Source of the DNA: a virus
Direction: 5' to 3' (one strand)
Length of the DNA: 64,000 nucleotides
IMG/VR virus record: IMGVR_UViG_3300043778_000098
Location: 1-64,000 of that record
Shown here: positions 1 through 10,600 of the stretch, piece by piece
Layout of the letters: every line of letters starts with the position of its first letter
How positions within the stretch are numbered: the first letter of the stretch is position 1
Made by a program: the position numbers and the translations under genes
The notes under the pieces: generated by a model
The model's database searches: none
What the model was told of the DNA's origin: nothing
Seen by the model: only the letters and a program-made list of their open reading frames with translations

Positions 1-1
1 C

Positions 2-664
2 GCCCCGCCCCCGGCGGGCGACGGGGGGGGGGGCCCCCCCGCCGCCCCCGACGACGACGGCTCGCCAGGCGGGGACGATGGCAAGGAAGACGATAGCGGC
101 TCCGGGCCGCCGCCGAAGGGCAAAGGCGGCAAGTCCAAGAAGGAGTCCCTGCGCAATATCTCCGTCCGCCGGTACCGGGGCGTCCGGGGGCAGCCCCTCA
201 CCGAGGAGCAGCTGGTCCGGCACATCGCCGTCGTCGCCTCCGGCGGCGACCCGGCCGTCATGGCCCGGCTGAGGGCGACGGCGGGGCGCCCCGCCCCGGC
301 CAGCCGCAAGGTCGCGGGCTTCTCGCCCGAGGAGCTGACCCCGCACTGCACCCTGAGCAGCGGCCACCAGGTGTCGATCGGCAGGCACGGCGAGGACTGG
401 TACGGGGTGATCAGCGCGCCGCACCCGTTCGCGCGGCACACGCACATGATGTACCTCGGCCGGGAGGACGACCCCCGCGCCGCCGCCGACCGGGAGCTGT
501 CGCGGGGGCCGGCCCGGAACTTCGTGCACTCCACCACCGACTACTCGGGCGCCGTCCCGGGCAACCCGGTGGAGGCCCCGGGCGCCGCGCCGGGCGCCTG
601 GTGGCGGAAGCCGAGCCAGGTCCGCGCCCCCGACCCCATCTTCCACAGCGCGTCGGCCGGGTGA
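2..664 (+). CDS. 5'-truncated hypothetical protein, probably virion-associated
   Basis: The frame of ORF 260..664 stays open back to the window start (acidic, Gly/Pro-rich stretch); the C-terminal part resembles the next genes (SGH..W..H). Confidence 0.6.
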   Translation, partial: APPPAGDGGGGPPAAPDDDGSPGGDDGKEDDSGSGPPPKGKGGKSKKESLRNISVRRYRGVRGQPLTEEQLVRHIAVVASGGDPAVMARLRATAGRPAPASRKVAGFSPEELTPHCTLSSGHQVSIGRHGEDWYGVISAPHPFARHTHMMYLGREDDPRAAADRELSRGPARNFVHSTTDYSGAVPGNPVEAPGAAPGAWWRKPSQVRAPDPIFHSASAG

Positions 665-667
665 GCG

Positions 668-1135
668 GTGGGCGCATGGGACCTGATCCGGACGGCCGCC
701 AGGGGGGACCGGCCGAGTTACGTCTACCACGGGTTCAGCGTCCGGCTGCCCCCGGAGGTGCACGCCCTCGTGCACGACGAGTCGCTGCCGGAGCACGTGC
801 GCGGCTTCCACCTCGCCCGCCACCTGCTCACACACAACCCCGTGGACTTCGGGTACCCGCACATGGGGGAGCTGCTCGGGCAGGACTGGCACCGCGACGG
901 CTGGCAGGCGGCCGAGGACGCCCGGAACGCGGACGGCCCGGGCCGCACCTCCTACGTCCTGAAGGCGCTGCACCCGGAGCCGGAGCACATCCTGTCCGAC
1001 CAGAACCGGAAGGGCCACCCGTTGCTCCTGCGCGCGGGGGCCCCGGTGCGCTTCGTCGGCCTGAACTGGGAAGACCACGCTAGCGGGGGCGACGGGGAGC
1101 TGGAGTTCCCCGAGCCGGTCACCGGGAGGGCCTGA
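668..1135 (+). CDS. hypothetical protein, N-terminus MGAWDLIRTAA
   Basis: ORF track, high GC3, tight packing with neighbours. Confidence 0.75.
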   Translation: MGAWDLIRTAARGDRPSYVYHGFSVRLPPEVHALVHDESLPEHVRGFHLARHLLTHNPVDFGYPHMGELLGQDWHRDGWQAAEDARNADGPGRTSYVLKALHPEPEHILSDQNRKGHPLLLRAGAPVRFVGLNWEDHASGGDGELEFPEPVTGRA

Positions 1136-1137
1136 CC

Positions 1138-1545
1138 GTGGGCGCCTGGGACAGGATCCGGAGGGCCGCCTCGGGCCGGATGCTGAGCGAGGAGGAGCAC
1201 CTCAGCGGGATCAGGGACGGAGTGGAGTCGCTCAAGCGCGCCGGGATGCTGCCGCCCGACGCGGACTGGCGCGGGCAGCCCGGCGCCAGGTTCGACACCG
1301 GCCACTACGTCGGCAGCGTGCTCAGCGGCGGGGACGGCCGCTGGACGACTTACATCCACCACGACTCCGACCCGTCCTTGAACCGGATCGTCCAGATCGA
1401 GCACGGAGACCTCGGCGGCGAGCACTCGCGCCTCGCGGAATCGGTGTCCCGCACTCTGCGCCGGCCCGAGGTCATGCAGTCGATGCGCGAGCAGATGCAG
1501 CACGGCGCCGCCGAGGAGCCGTCCTGGATCCGGAGGTTCGGCTGA
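1138..1545 (+). CDS. hypothetical protein, N-terminus MGAWDRIRRAA, paralog family
   Basis: ORF track; shares its N-terminus with 668 and EVMxxMREQM with 1545. Confidence 0.75.
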   Translation: MGAWDRIRRAASGRMLSEEEHLSGIRDGVESLKRAGMLPPDADWRGQPGARFDTGHYVGSVLSGGDGRWTTYIHHDSDPSLNRIVQIEHGDLGGEHSRLAESVSRTLRRPEVMQSMREQMQHGAAEEPSWIRRFG

Positions 1546-1913
1546 TGGGGTACAACGACCGGCACTTCACCAGCCCGGACAGGATGCCGGGGCAGAGCCT
1601 GGAGCACTACCGGGACGACGTCGCCTTCCGGCAGCAGCTCGCCTCGGTATTCCAGCCCTTCGGGCCGCACAACGTCCGGATGGAGACCGGGCACACCCTC
1701 CTCCCCGTCACTCACGATGAGGCCGAGTCGTTCAGGGACGTGAGGGGGCCGCAGGTTATCGTCCAGCATCGCAACGACCCCGACTCGCCTATCGCCCTGC
1801 CACTCGGCCATGACCCCAGCCAGTGGATGGGCAACCTGATGAGGCACCTGAACGACCGCGAGGTCATGGAGCGGATGCGCGAGCAGATGAACGGCCGGTA
1901 CGGCGATGAGTGA
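1545..1913 (+). CDS. hypothetical protein, paralog family
   Basis: TGATG coupling to the previous gene; TGH...HxxDP...EVMERMREQM. Confidence 0.75.
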   Translation: MGYNDRHFTSPDRMPGQSLEHYRDDVAFRQQLASVFQPFGPHNVRMETGHTLLPVTHDEAESFRDVRGPQVIVQHRNDPDSPIALPLGHDPSQWMGNLMRHLNDREVMERMREQMNGRYGDE

Positions 1914-2340
1914 GTACATTGACCAGGGGGAGATCGCACGGCGCAACGACCTGGCCAGGCACCACCTGCTGCGGTCCGGGATCCGCCTCAGGGACCTGCC
2001 GGCCGGGAGATCACCGGAGTGGGAGACCGAGTCGGGCCATACCATGGACGTCGCGCTGCACCCGCAGACCGGCGAGTGGACGATGGGCGCCACCCACTAC
2101 GGCGACCCGACCGGGAACGCGCTGCGGTCGATGCTCGGGACGCACGACGAGTCCGAGATACCGGGCAGGCTGTCGGCGGAGCTGCGGCACCGGGAGACCA
2201 CGGGCCACCTGCGCGACATGTGGCTGCGGGCGTCGGGCAACAACGACCCGACGGGGAGGGACGAAGAGGCGCAACGCGTCCCCAGGTACATGGCGGCGAA
2301 CCCGCAGACGATCTTCCTGGACCATTACCAGGGTCGCTAG
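1906..2340 (+). CDS. hypothetical protein, paralog family
   Basis: SGH...W...HYGDP motif shared with the upstream genes. Confidence 0.7.
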   Translation: MSEYIDQGEIARRNDLARHHLLRSGIRLRDLPAGRSPEWETESGHTMDVALHPQTGEWTMGATHYGDPTGNALRSMLGTHDESEIPGRLSAELRHRETTGHLRDMWLRASGNNDPTGRDEEAQRVPRYMAANPQTIFLDHYQGR

Positions 2341-2349
2341 CGATCCGGG

Positions 2350-2432
2350 TAAGCTGGCACGGCCAGAGACCGCAGGCGCCTAAGACCTGCGCAGGTGACG
2401 CTAGCCCGCGCCATGGCGCGGGCTTTCGCTTT
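2350..2432 (+). promoter_or_regulatory. -10 box plus L10-leader autoregulatory RNA and terminator-like hairpin
   Basis: TAAGCT at 2350; AGACCGCAGG..TAA..CCTGCGCAGGTG matches the L10-leader pattern as recalled; hairpin AGCCCGCG/CGCGGGCT plus T-rich tail directly before rplJ. Confidence 0.75.
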
Positions 2433-2444
2433 GAGGGGGCAGCG

Positions 2445-2909
2445 GTGACGCCCGAGCAGAAGGACGGCTGGGTCGGCTGGCTGAAGGGGAAGCTCTCCGA
2501 TCGGCGGTTCATCGTCGTGGGGCACCATCCGGTGGACGTCGGCACGATGGCGGCGCTGCGCGCGTCGCTGCCGACGGGGACGGAGCTGCGGGTCGTCAAG
2601 GGGACCCTCGTCCGGCTGGCGGCCGGGCGGGCCGGGATGCCCGAGGTCCTCCCGCTGATCGCCGGGCCGACGGCCGTGGTCTTCACGGACGCCGACCTCG
2701 CCGTCGCCGCCGCCGCGATCGCCCGGAGTCCCGCCGTCACCGTGCGCGGCGCCGTCGAGGGGAAGCGGCTGCTCTCGCCGTCGCAGGTGAGCGCGATCGC
2801 GGCGATCGGCTCGCGGGAGCGGGCCCTGGCCATGGTGTCGGCGGCGCTGAGGTCGCCGGCGGCGAGGACCGCGACGGCCCTGCGGGCCAGGGGGAGGGAG
2901 ACCCGATGA
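2445..2909 (+). CDS. rplJ: 50S ribosomal protein uL10, divergent
   Basis: GTG start after GAGGGGG; LRASL, VVKGTL (cf. VVKNTL), GPTAVVF and SRE motifs; lies upstream of rplL. Confidence 0.85.
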   Translation: MTPEQKDGWVGWLKGKLSDRRFIVVGHHPVDVGTMAALRASLPTGTELRVVKGTLVRLAAGRAGMPEVLPLIAGPTAVVFTDADLAVAAAAIARSPAVTVRGAVEGKRLLSPSQVSAIAAIGSRERALAMVSAALRSPAARTATALRARGRETR

Positions 2910-3283
2910 TGAAGCTGACCACGGCCGAGCTGATCGACGCGTTCAGGGAGATGACCATCCTGGAGCTGGGCGAGTTCACCGCCGCGTTCGAGGAGCAGTT
3001 CGGGGTGCAGGTCCAGGCATTCCCCGCGAACCAGGACGCGGCTCCTGCTGCGGACGTCCCCGAGGACGAGCAGACGGAGTTCGACGTCGTCCTCCGGGAA
3101 GTCGGCGCCCAGAAGATCCAGGTGATCAAGATAGCCCGCTCGCTGACCGGCCTCGGCCTGAAGGAGGCCAAGGACCTGGTGGAGTCGGCCCCCGTGACGC
3201 TCCTCAAGGGCGCCAGCGCAGGCGCGGCTGCCACGGCCAGGGCGGAGCTGGAGCTGGCCGGGGCGCTCGTCACCGTCAGCTAG
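2906..3283 (+). CDS. rplL: 50S ribosomal protein bL12 (L7/L12)
   Basis: MTILEL..F...FEEQFGV, EQTEFDVVL, KIQVIK, GLGLKEAKDLVESAP. Confidence 0.97.
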   Translation: MMKLTTAELIDAFREMTILELGEFTAAFEEQFGVQVQAFPANQDAAPAADVPEDEQTEFDVVLREVGAQKIQVIKIARSLTGLGLKEAKDLVESAPVTLLKGASAGAAATARAELELAGALVTVS

Positions 3284-3334
3284 CGCCACCGTCGCGTCCT
3301 CCCTCCCCCGGAAGGGTTAGGGAGGCCGTGACAC

Positions 3335-5617
3335 ATGAGGGTTGCGTACAAGCCGGGCTCGGGGGCCGCTCGCCAGGCGTCGCTCGGCCGCCAGCTGGGG
3401 CGGACGATGGGGGTGGGCGCCGCCGCGTCGGAGCAGATGTCCGCCGACGTGCTGGAGGCGCGCAAGAACCGCCGCGTCAACGCCCGGGCCGCGTCGCTGG
3501 GGCGCCGGACGGCCGGGTACTCCACGGGCGGGGCGGGCGGGTCCGGCTTCTCCGACATCCAGTTCGCGACCGGGCGGCCACGCGACCCGCTGTTCTACTG
3601 GAGGCAGAACAACCTTCCGTATGACTTCTCGCAGAACGAGGAGCTTGCGAAAGTACGCGCGTTTTGCCGCCTGCTGTACCAGACCGACCCGATCGTCGGG
3701 TCGTGCGTCGACATCTTCAGCAAGTTCCCCGTGGTCGGCGCGCACCTGGAGTGCAAGGACAAGCGCCTGGAGGAGTTCTACGAGGACCACTTCTTCGGCG
3801 ACGAGGGCCTCAACTACGGCGAGTTCCTCGTGGACATCGGCCGCGAGTACTACACCACCGGCGAGTCGTGGCCGTTCGCCACCTTCAACGAGGACCTCGG
3901 CGTCTGGGACGACGAGGAGCTGCTCAACCCCGACGACATCAAGGTCGAGCGGTCCCCGTTCCTGAAGGAGCCCCGCTACTTCACCCGGCTGCCGTGGACG
4001 ATCCGGCAGATCCTCACCACCCGCCAGCCCGCCTGGGAATACGCCAAGCTCGTCCAGGAGTACCCCGAGCTGGCCGCCTACACCGCCGAGAACGCGTTCA
4101 TGCCGGTGTCCGGCGTGCTGCTGCGGCAGTTGCGGTTCAAGGGCGACACCTTCAACCTGCGGGGCCTTCCCCTTCTCACCAGGGCGATGCGGAGCATGCT
4201 CCAGCAGGAGATGCTCAACACCGCCCTTGACGCCATCGCCGACCGCCTCTACACCCCGCTCATCCTCTGCAAGCTGGGCGCTTCCGCCACCGACCTGGGA
4301 ACGAGCGTTCCCTGGATTCCGACGGATGATGACCTGGAGAACTTCGAGCTGGCTCTCGACGCGGCCCTGGCGGGAGATTTCCGCGCCCTGATCCACAACT
4401 TCGCGGTCGAGATGGAGCCGGTCTTCGGCCGCGAGAACATGCCGGACCTCACCCCCGACTTCGAGCGCATCGAGGACCGCATCCTCCAGGTGTTCGGCCT
4501 GTCCCGGACGTTCCTGACCGGCGCCGGGGAGGGCCAGACCTACGCCGCCGACGCCCTCAACAAGCAGCTGGTCGAGCAGCTGATGACGACCTACCAGCGG
4601 ATGCTCATGCGGCACGTCCGGCAGCGGGCCCTCATCGTCGCCGAGGCCCAGGAGCATTACGACTACGAGGAGCGGAACGGCCGCCGCTTCGTCATCATGG
4701 AGGAGGTCCTGGAGACCGACGAGGAGAGCGGCGAGAAGCGGATCACCGAGCAGCCCAAGCTCCTGGTGCCTGACCTGAAGTGCGCCGTCCTCAACTTCCG
4801 CGACGAGGACGTCACCCGCCAGTTCGTCGAGGCGCTGCGGGCGTCGGGGATGCCGATCTCCCAGCGGACCCGCAGCCGGGGCCTCGGGCTCGACCTCGAC
4901 GACGAGCGCGAGCGCAGCCAGGACGAGGCGGTCGCCGACATCGTCGCCCAGGCCAAGACCAGGCGGCAGGCGTTCGTCGAGCTGCGCAACGCCGGGCTGC
5001 CCGTCCCGGCCGACCTCATGCAGGACTTCGCGCCGCTCGCCCAGCAGGAGGGCGTGCCCCCGGCGGTCGCCGGCCAGCAGATGATGATCGACCGGATGGG
5101 GGCCTCCCCGGTCCCGCTGCCCGACCTGGCGCCGGTGCCCGCCGACCAGGAGCTGGCCGAGGAGGCCGAGGAGATGGCCGGGGGCCCGGTCAACGCCCCG
5201 CCCGAGGGCGAGGGGGACGAGATGCCGCCGCCGGGAGGGGGCATGGATCAGGTGCCGCCGGAATCCGGCGAGCAGCGCGGGGCCATGCCGAAGGCCGCCC
5301 GCCGGGGGATGCCGAAGCAGGGCGCGCTGTTCCGCCGGGCCGACCGGGTGCGCAGGACGGCGAGGCTCGCCCGGGCGGTCGACGAGGCCCGCGCCGAGGG
5401 CGAGGCCGCCGCGTCCGGCGAGGAGGGCTTCGCGGTGCAGGCCCACTTCTCCGAGTCCCAGGCGGAGGCGCTGGCCGGGCGCGGCGGGTGGGTGTCCGGC
5501 CCGGCGCTGCGCGCCTACCAGGACCCGGCGCACGTCGGCATCCGCGCCCGCCTCGGCGTCACCGAGGAGGACTCGCGCCTGGCCGACTACGAGGCGGTCT
5601 ACAGGCCGTCCAGGTAG
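3335..5617 (+). CDS. portal protein
   Basis: 760 aa, first large gene of the head module; sequence style of Bxz1-type portals as recalled (IADRLYTPLILCKLG, ILQVFGL); acidic C-terminal tail. Confidence 0.8.
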   Translation: MRVAYKPGSGAARQASLGRQLGRTMGVGAAASEQMSADVLEARKNRRVNARAASLGRRTAGYSTGGAGGSGFSDIQFATGRPRDPLFYWRQNNLPYDFSQNEELAKVRAFCRLLYQTDPIVGSCVDIFSKFPVVGAHLECKDKRLEEFYEDHFFGDEGLNYGEFLVDIGREYYTTGESWPFATFNEDLGVWDDEELLNPDDIKVERSPFLKEPRYFTRLPWTIRQILTTRQPAWEYAKLVQEYPELAAYTAENAFMPVSGVLLRQLRFKGDTFNLRGLPLLTRAMRSMLQQEMLNTALDAIADRLYTPLILCKLGASATDLGTSVPWIPTDDDLENFELALDAALAGDFRALIHNFAVEMEPVFGRENMPDLTPDFERIEDRILQVFGLSRTFLTGAGEGQTYAADALNKQLVEQLMTTYQRMLMRHVRQRALIVAEAQEHYDYEERNGRRFVIMEEVLETDEESGEKRITEQPKLLVPDLKCAVLNFRDEDVTRQFVEALRASGMPISQRTRSRGLGLDLDDERERSQDEAVADIVAQAKTRRQAFVELRNAGLPVPADLMQDFAPLAQQEGVPPAVAGQQMMIDRMGASPVPLPDLAPVPADQELAEEAEEMAGGPVNAPPEGEGDEMPPPGGGMDQVPPESGEQRGAMPKAARRGMPKQGALFRRADRVRRTARLARAVDEARAEGEAAASGEEGFAVQAHFSESQAEALAGRGGWVSGPALRAYQDPAHVGIRARLGVTEEDSRLADYEAVYRPSR

Positions 5618-5665
5618 CGCCCACGGAAGGGCTGGGCGGACCAGCCCGGAAGGGAGCCCAGCCCC

Positions 5666-6844
5666 GTGAGCAGCCCCCTGGTCTCAGCCGGGACGCCGCA
5701 GATCGAGACCTCCAACTTCACCGGCCTCATCACCCCGTCCTACGGCCAGGCGACGACGGCCGGTAACGTCGCGGTCGCCTGGCTCCAGTGCAACTCCGGC
5801 AGCGCGACCGACCCGTTCAGCCTCGACTCCGGGACCGGCTGGGAGCAGGCCGCAGTCGGCGGCGCGGCGTTCGGCTGGTCGGGCATCTGGTGCAAGCGCG
5901 GCCTGGGCGCCGGGGAGGCCCCGCCGCAATTCGCGATAGCCTCCGGCGACGCCACCGGCGGGATGCTGGCCGAGTTCGACGGCAGCATGATCTCCGGCAT
6001 ACTCGACCAGCCCGGCGACGGCGGCTCGGCGGGGGCCACCGAGACGGCGGCCTGCGCGGCCCCCGACGCCGGGCCCGGCGAGCTGATCGTCTTCGCGGCC
6101 AACTACAACGGCGGCGGCAGCGCCACCACCATCGACGTCACGATGAGCGACTCGTCAGGCGCCCCGGTGACGCCCGTCGTCTACGACAACCCCGGTGACA
6201 CGACCGGCTGGAAGTACGTCTTCGCGTGGGGGCAGGCTGGCGAGGCCGGGGCGGTCGCCGACACGGCGACGTCCGTCCTCGGCGTGTTCAGCGAGGGCGG
6301 CTGCTGCATCGCCTCGATCAGGGCGACCGACCAGGGGGCAGGGGCCTTCTCGGCCGCCGGGGCCCTGTCGGCCGCCGCGAGGGCCACCGCGAACGCCGCC
6401 GCCGCGCTGGCGGCCACGGGCTCGCTGGCAGGGCAGGCCGTCGTCGCCAGGCGGGCCCAGGGGGGCCTCGCTGCCGCGCCGGGGCTGTCGGTCTCCGCCC
6501 GCGTCGTCAAGGCGGCCCAGGCGACCCTGTCCGCCGCGCCATCGCTGGGCGTCCACGGGAGCGTCCTCGCGGCCGGACTCGCCTCCCTGGCGGCCACGGG
6601 GGCGCTCGCGGTGCGGGCCACGGCGGGGCCTGACCTGGAGGCGCTGTGGGAGGCGTACCAGGTCGCGGCGGCCGTCGCAGCCGCCAAGCGGCAGCAGTGG
6701 CGCATGATGCGCCAGGCAGGCGGCACCGACGGGACGGCCGGCTTCCTGTACGGGCAGGCGTACGAGGCCGAGCACCAGGAGGAGACGGCCTACCAGGCTT
6801 TCCTGGCCGCCCAGCGGGAGGTGCACCCCGGCGTCACGGGCTAG
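5666..6844 (+). CDS. putative virion protein (beta-rich domain plus Ala-rich repeats)
   Basis: N-terminal domain clearly paralogous to 19790..20500. Confidence 0.65.
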   Translation: MSSPLVSAGTPQIETSNFTGLITPSYGQATTAGNVAVAWLQCNSGSATDPFSLDSGTGWEQAAVGGAAFGWSGIWCKRGLGAGEAPPQFAIASGDATGGMLAEFDGSMISGILDQPGDGGSAGATETAACAAPDAGPGELIVFAANYNGGGSATTIDVTMSDSSGAPVTPVVYDNPGDTTGWKYVFAWGQAGEAGAVADTATSVLGVFSEGGCCIASIRATDQGAGAFSAAGALSAAARATANAAAALAATGSLAGQAVVARRAQGGLAAAPGLSVSARVVKAAQATLSAAPSLGVHGSVLAAGLASLAATGALAVRATAGPDLEALWEAYQVAAAVAAAKRQQWRMMRQAGGTDGTAGFLYGQAYEAEHQEETAYQAFLAAQREVHPGVTG

Positions 6845-7277
6845 GGCGCCCCGAGTGCCGCTCTGTCATCAGGCGCTGCCATGCCTCCATGCACCCCTTC
6901 GAGTGGAACCTCCCGCTGACCGTGTGGGTGTCCGGGAAGGTCCCCTCGCACGCCCACGGGTCGTCGTCGAGTTCCTCCCCGCACTGCGGCCCGTCGCACT
7001 TGCCCCCCGCCGCCGCCACGGGAGCCGGCGGGGCGGGCATGATCGCCGGGCGCGCCGGGGCGGCCTCCAGGACGGTGCCCCGGACCGGGCGGCCCAGCTG
7101 GACCGGCCTGTGGTCGGCCCGGAACCTGGCGATGACCGCTGCGGAGGCGATGACGGCCACGGCGCTGACCGCGAAGATGGACTCGGCCGGGTACGCGGTC
7201 ACCAGGTGGTCGACCTCCACCCCCGCCCAGGCCAGCAGCAGGAGGGCGGCGATGATCGCGGCGGCGGTCAGCGGCAC
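6834..7277 (-). CDS. membrane protein with C-terminal Cys/His motif
   Basis: Two hydrophobic segments, CDGPQC...HSKGC. Confidence 0.6.
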   Translation of the reverse strand: MPLTAAAIIAALLLLAWAGVEVDHLVTAYPAESIFAVSAVAVIASAAVIARFRADHRPVQLGRPVRGTVLEAAPARPAIMPAPPAPVAAAGGKCDGPQCGEELDDDPWACEGTFPDTHTVSGRFHSKGCMEAWQRLMTERHSGRPSP

Positions 7278-7279
7278 CG

Positions 7280-7540
7280 TCAGCCCGGCGGGAAGAGGCC
7301 GAGGACCAGGGCCGCCTCCTCGGGGGGGACGATCGCGGCGCAGACCTTCCCGTCGAGGCCGATCAGCCAGGTGACCTGGCCGGTCCTCGACGCCAGGTCG
7401 GCGGCCAGGCGCAGGTCGTAGTGCTCGCCGGGATCCAGGTGCCCCTCGTCCACTACCAGCCTCACGAACTTGTCCACGGCCAGCCTCACCGCCTCGGCCT
7501 CGCCGGCCTGCTCAGCCGGGTCGTTCCGCTCTGTCGCCAT
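7280..7540 (-). CDS. hypothetical protein
   Basis: GGAGG RBS; promoter motif at 7571-7592. Confidence 0.65.
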   Translation of the reverse strand: MATERNDPAEQAGEAEAVRLAVDKFVRLVVDEGHLDPGEHYDLRLAADLASRTGQVTWLIGLDGKVCAAIVPPEEAALVLGLFPPG

Positions 7541-7642
7541 CGCCCGCCTCCCTCTCTGCGTTCTCTCTCGACGTTAGCAATAAATCTTGTATCAAAGCAA
7601 GGCGAACCGGCCGCCCGGGAAGAAACGAGGGAGGCGGCACAC

Positions 7643-10600
7643 ATGCGAAGGCACTCGACCAGGCTGTCCCAGGCGCACGAAGAGGAGCCCGAGGACGACG
7701 GTCTTTCGCGCACCGCCGACCGGGACTACCCCGAGCTGGGCACCATCCTCGACGACCGGCCCGACCCCGGCGGCGTCATCACCGTCATCGGCGCCAGGCG
7801 GCTCGCGAACCTCTACGGCACCGACCAGGACGACCGCAACGGGCAGTTCAACGGCGAGCCCGGCGACGCCGGCATGTACTGGTCCGAGCCAGGCCAGCAG
7901 CAGTGGACGCAGGAGAACGAGCCGCAGGAGCCCGCTCCGCCGCCGCCGTGGGCCATGTCGCCGGTGATGGCCCGGCTGGCGGAGCTGGAGGAGGCCGCCG
8001 GGCTCATCGGCATGAGCCACCACGCCACCTCCATCAACGGCCAGCAGGTCGACGACCACGGCGACGCCCCGCAGCACGGCACCGTCCCCCGCGCGCAGGA
8101 CCCCGACTCCTACGACGACCGCTCCACCGAGGGCGACGGCGACCCCAAGTGGGACGACCCGCTCGACCCCGCCCACAAGGAGGAGTACAACGGGGCGACC
8201 GTCGGCATGTACCCCGAGGGCATCTCGGCGGGCGGCGGCCCCGGCATCTCCGTCGGCCCCGTCACGGCGGAGCTGAACCAGAAGGGGCAGAACGAGCTGC
8301 GCCGCCACATGGCCGAGGACCACCTGGCCGACCCGTCCTTGTGCGCCTCCTCCGAGATCCGCGAGCTGGCCGACGACCACGCCGCCGACCACGACTACGG
8401 CAACGCGGACCACGCGCACGGCCCCGACTACGACCACCGGCCCTTCTGGGACGAGGGCGCCGACGCCGGGCGATACCACGAGTTCACCGGCTCCAGGAGG
8501 ACCGCACGCGTGCCCTGGACCCCGGCCGAGCGCGGCACCCTGCACACCTGGCAGCAGGTGCCGACCGGCACGTGGGGCGACTTCGTGCCGTCGTCGGAGT
8601 TCCCGTTCCTGCGGCCGGGCGAGAGCCAGCACGGACCCGAAGAGGAGGACCTGCGTGCGGAGGGGAGCTGGGAGCCCTATGAGGCCGACGAATACGACTT
8701 CGCCGATAAGCCCAGCTACCAAGGCTGGCCGCAGTCCATGCCCGAGGAGTACGAGCCTCGCGACTGGACCGACATCGCCGACCGGGCCGACCACAGGAAC
8801 GACGCCGGCGGCTGGGTACACCACACGCTCAGCTCCCTGCGGGAGGGCGCCTCCGACGCCGAGGACCGCTACTGGCGGGCGCACCTGCGCGATCAGCACG
8901 GCTGGAGCGCGGGCCAGTTCGAGCGGGCCCGCCAGCGGGGCGACAGCCTCCCCGACATGCACGCGGCCGGGCACGAGGCGGGACTCGCCGGCCACCCGCC
9001 GCACGCCATCTCCGCCGAGCAGCGGCTCCGTGCGCAGCGCGACCTGGAGCGGGAGGACTCCCTCCGCAACATGTTCGGCCCGGACATCACCGAGGACAGG
9101 GCCAAGCTGAGGCCCGAGGGGTACGGGCTCGCCCATCCCGCACGGGGCGGCTATTCCGGCGGCGACCCGATGACGGCGATCATGACGTCCGGGGACCCGC
9201 GCCCGGTCGCCGACCCGTCGCACTGGGAGCAGGCCGACCCGGCCCGGTTCCGCCGCATGATGAGCGCCCTTACGGCGCACGCGCACGACGACGAGGGGGA
9301 CTCGCTCGATGACGGGCCGGCCTCCGGGGACTTCGGGGTCGGCGACGAGGAGGACGAGGACGGCCCGGAGGGATGGCCCGCCGCCGGGGCGGACGTCAGC
9401 GAGACCGGCCGGGCCATGACCCAGGGCCGCTACGACGGGAAGACCAGGCGGAGCGGGGACCAGGGGCACCTGGCCGCGTTCGTCGCCGCCTCGGGCAGCC
9501 CGTCGTTCCGCTTCCACTTCACAGCCTCCTGGCAGGACGTCATCGCCAAGGCGAGGCGGATCCGCGCCGACGGCCACGTCCGCATCACCCACGCCTCGGC
9601 GGGCCTGGTGATCGGCGAGGTGCGGGGCGATCACGACACCTATGAGACGGGCATCCAGCGCCCGGTTGGCAAGCGGCAGTCCATCCAGCACTGGGCCTGC
9701 GGCTGCCCGTGGGCGTCGTTCCACCAGAGCAGGACCGCCGCCAGGAGGCCCGGGGGCTACGCGGGCAGGCCGTGCTCCCACGTGATGGCCCTCCAGTTCG
9801 AGGCGCAGTCGCGGGGGATGTTCGGCCGGCAGTTCGGCGCGGACGAGAACCTCCCGTCGTGGTCGCCCCCGACCGTCGTCGTCAAGTCGATGCCGCCGTG
9901 GGAGGGCGAGCCGCACGCGGGACGGTGGCGCGAGGAGTGGCGCGCCCCGGTCGCCTCGATCCGGCGCGCCGCCACGCCCGACGAGGCGCGCGACGCCGAC
10001 TGGACGCCGGAGGACCGGGACGAGTGGGAGCGTTCCGGCGCGGTCGTCGGCTGGCCGTGCCAGCGCGCCACCGCCGCCCTCCTGCGATCCGGCGCGGACC
10101 CGGAGGAGGTCGACGCGCTCCGGGCGATCGCCGGGCTGGGGCCGGTCAGCGCCGACGCGGCGCGCTCCGGCGCGCTCCTGGCGCGCCACCTGACGGTGGC
10201 GCACGGCCTGCCGGAGGAGAAGGCGGCGGAACTGTGCCGGGACGTCCCCGGCGCTCTCGGGTGGCACGGGGCGCTCCACGAGGCGCGCGCCGCCGTGGCG
10301 ATCCCGCACCGGCACGAACCGCCCGGCGCGCCCGGCGCGGGGCTGCTTCCGGTGGAGGGTCTCCGTGTCACCGCCGACGGCGCGAACGGGCCGTGGGGGA
10401 GCGACAACACCGTCTCGCACCCGCCGCAGAAGCCCTACGGCGCGACGTCGCCGCCGGATAAGGACATGGACCCGGGCAGCTACGGGCCGCTCGCCGCGCC
10501 CGACCCGGAGAACTGGGGCCGCATCGACGCGGGCGACGTCTTCCAGATGCCGATCGGCAACACCGCCGCCGTCCGCCCCGTGCCCGGCGACCTGCACTGG

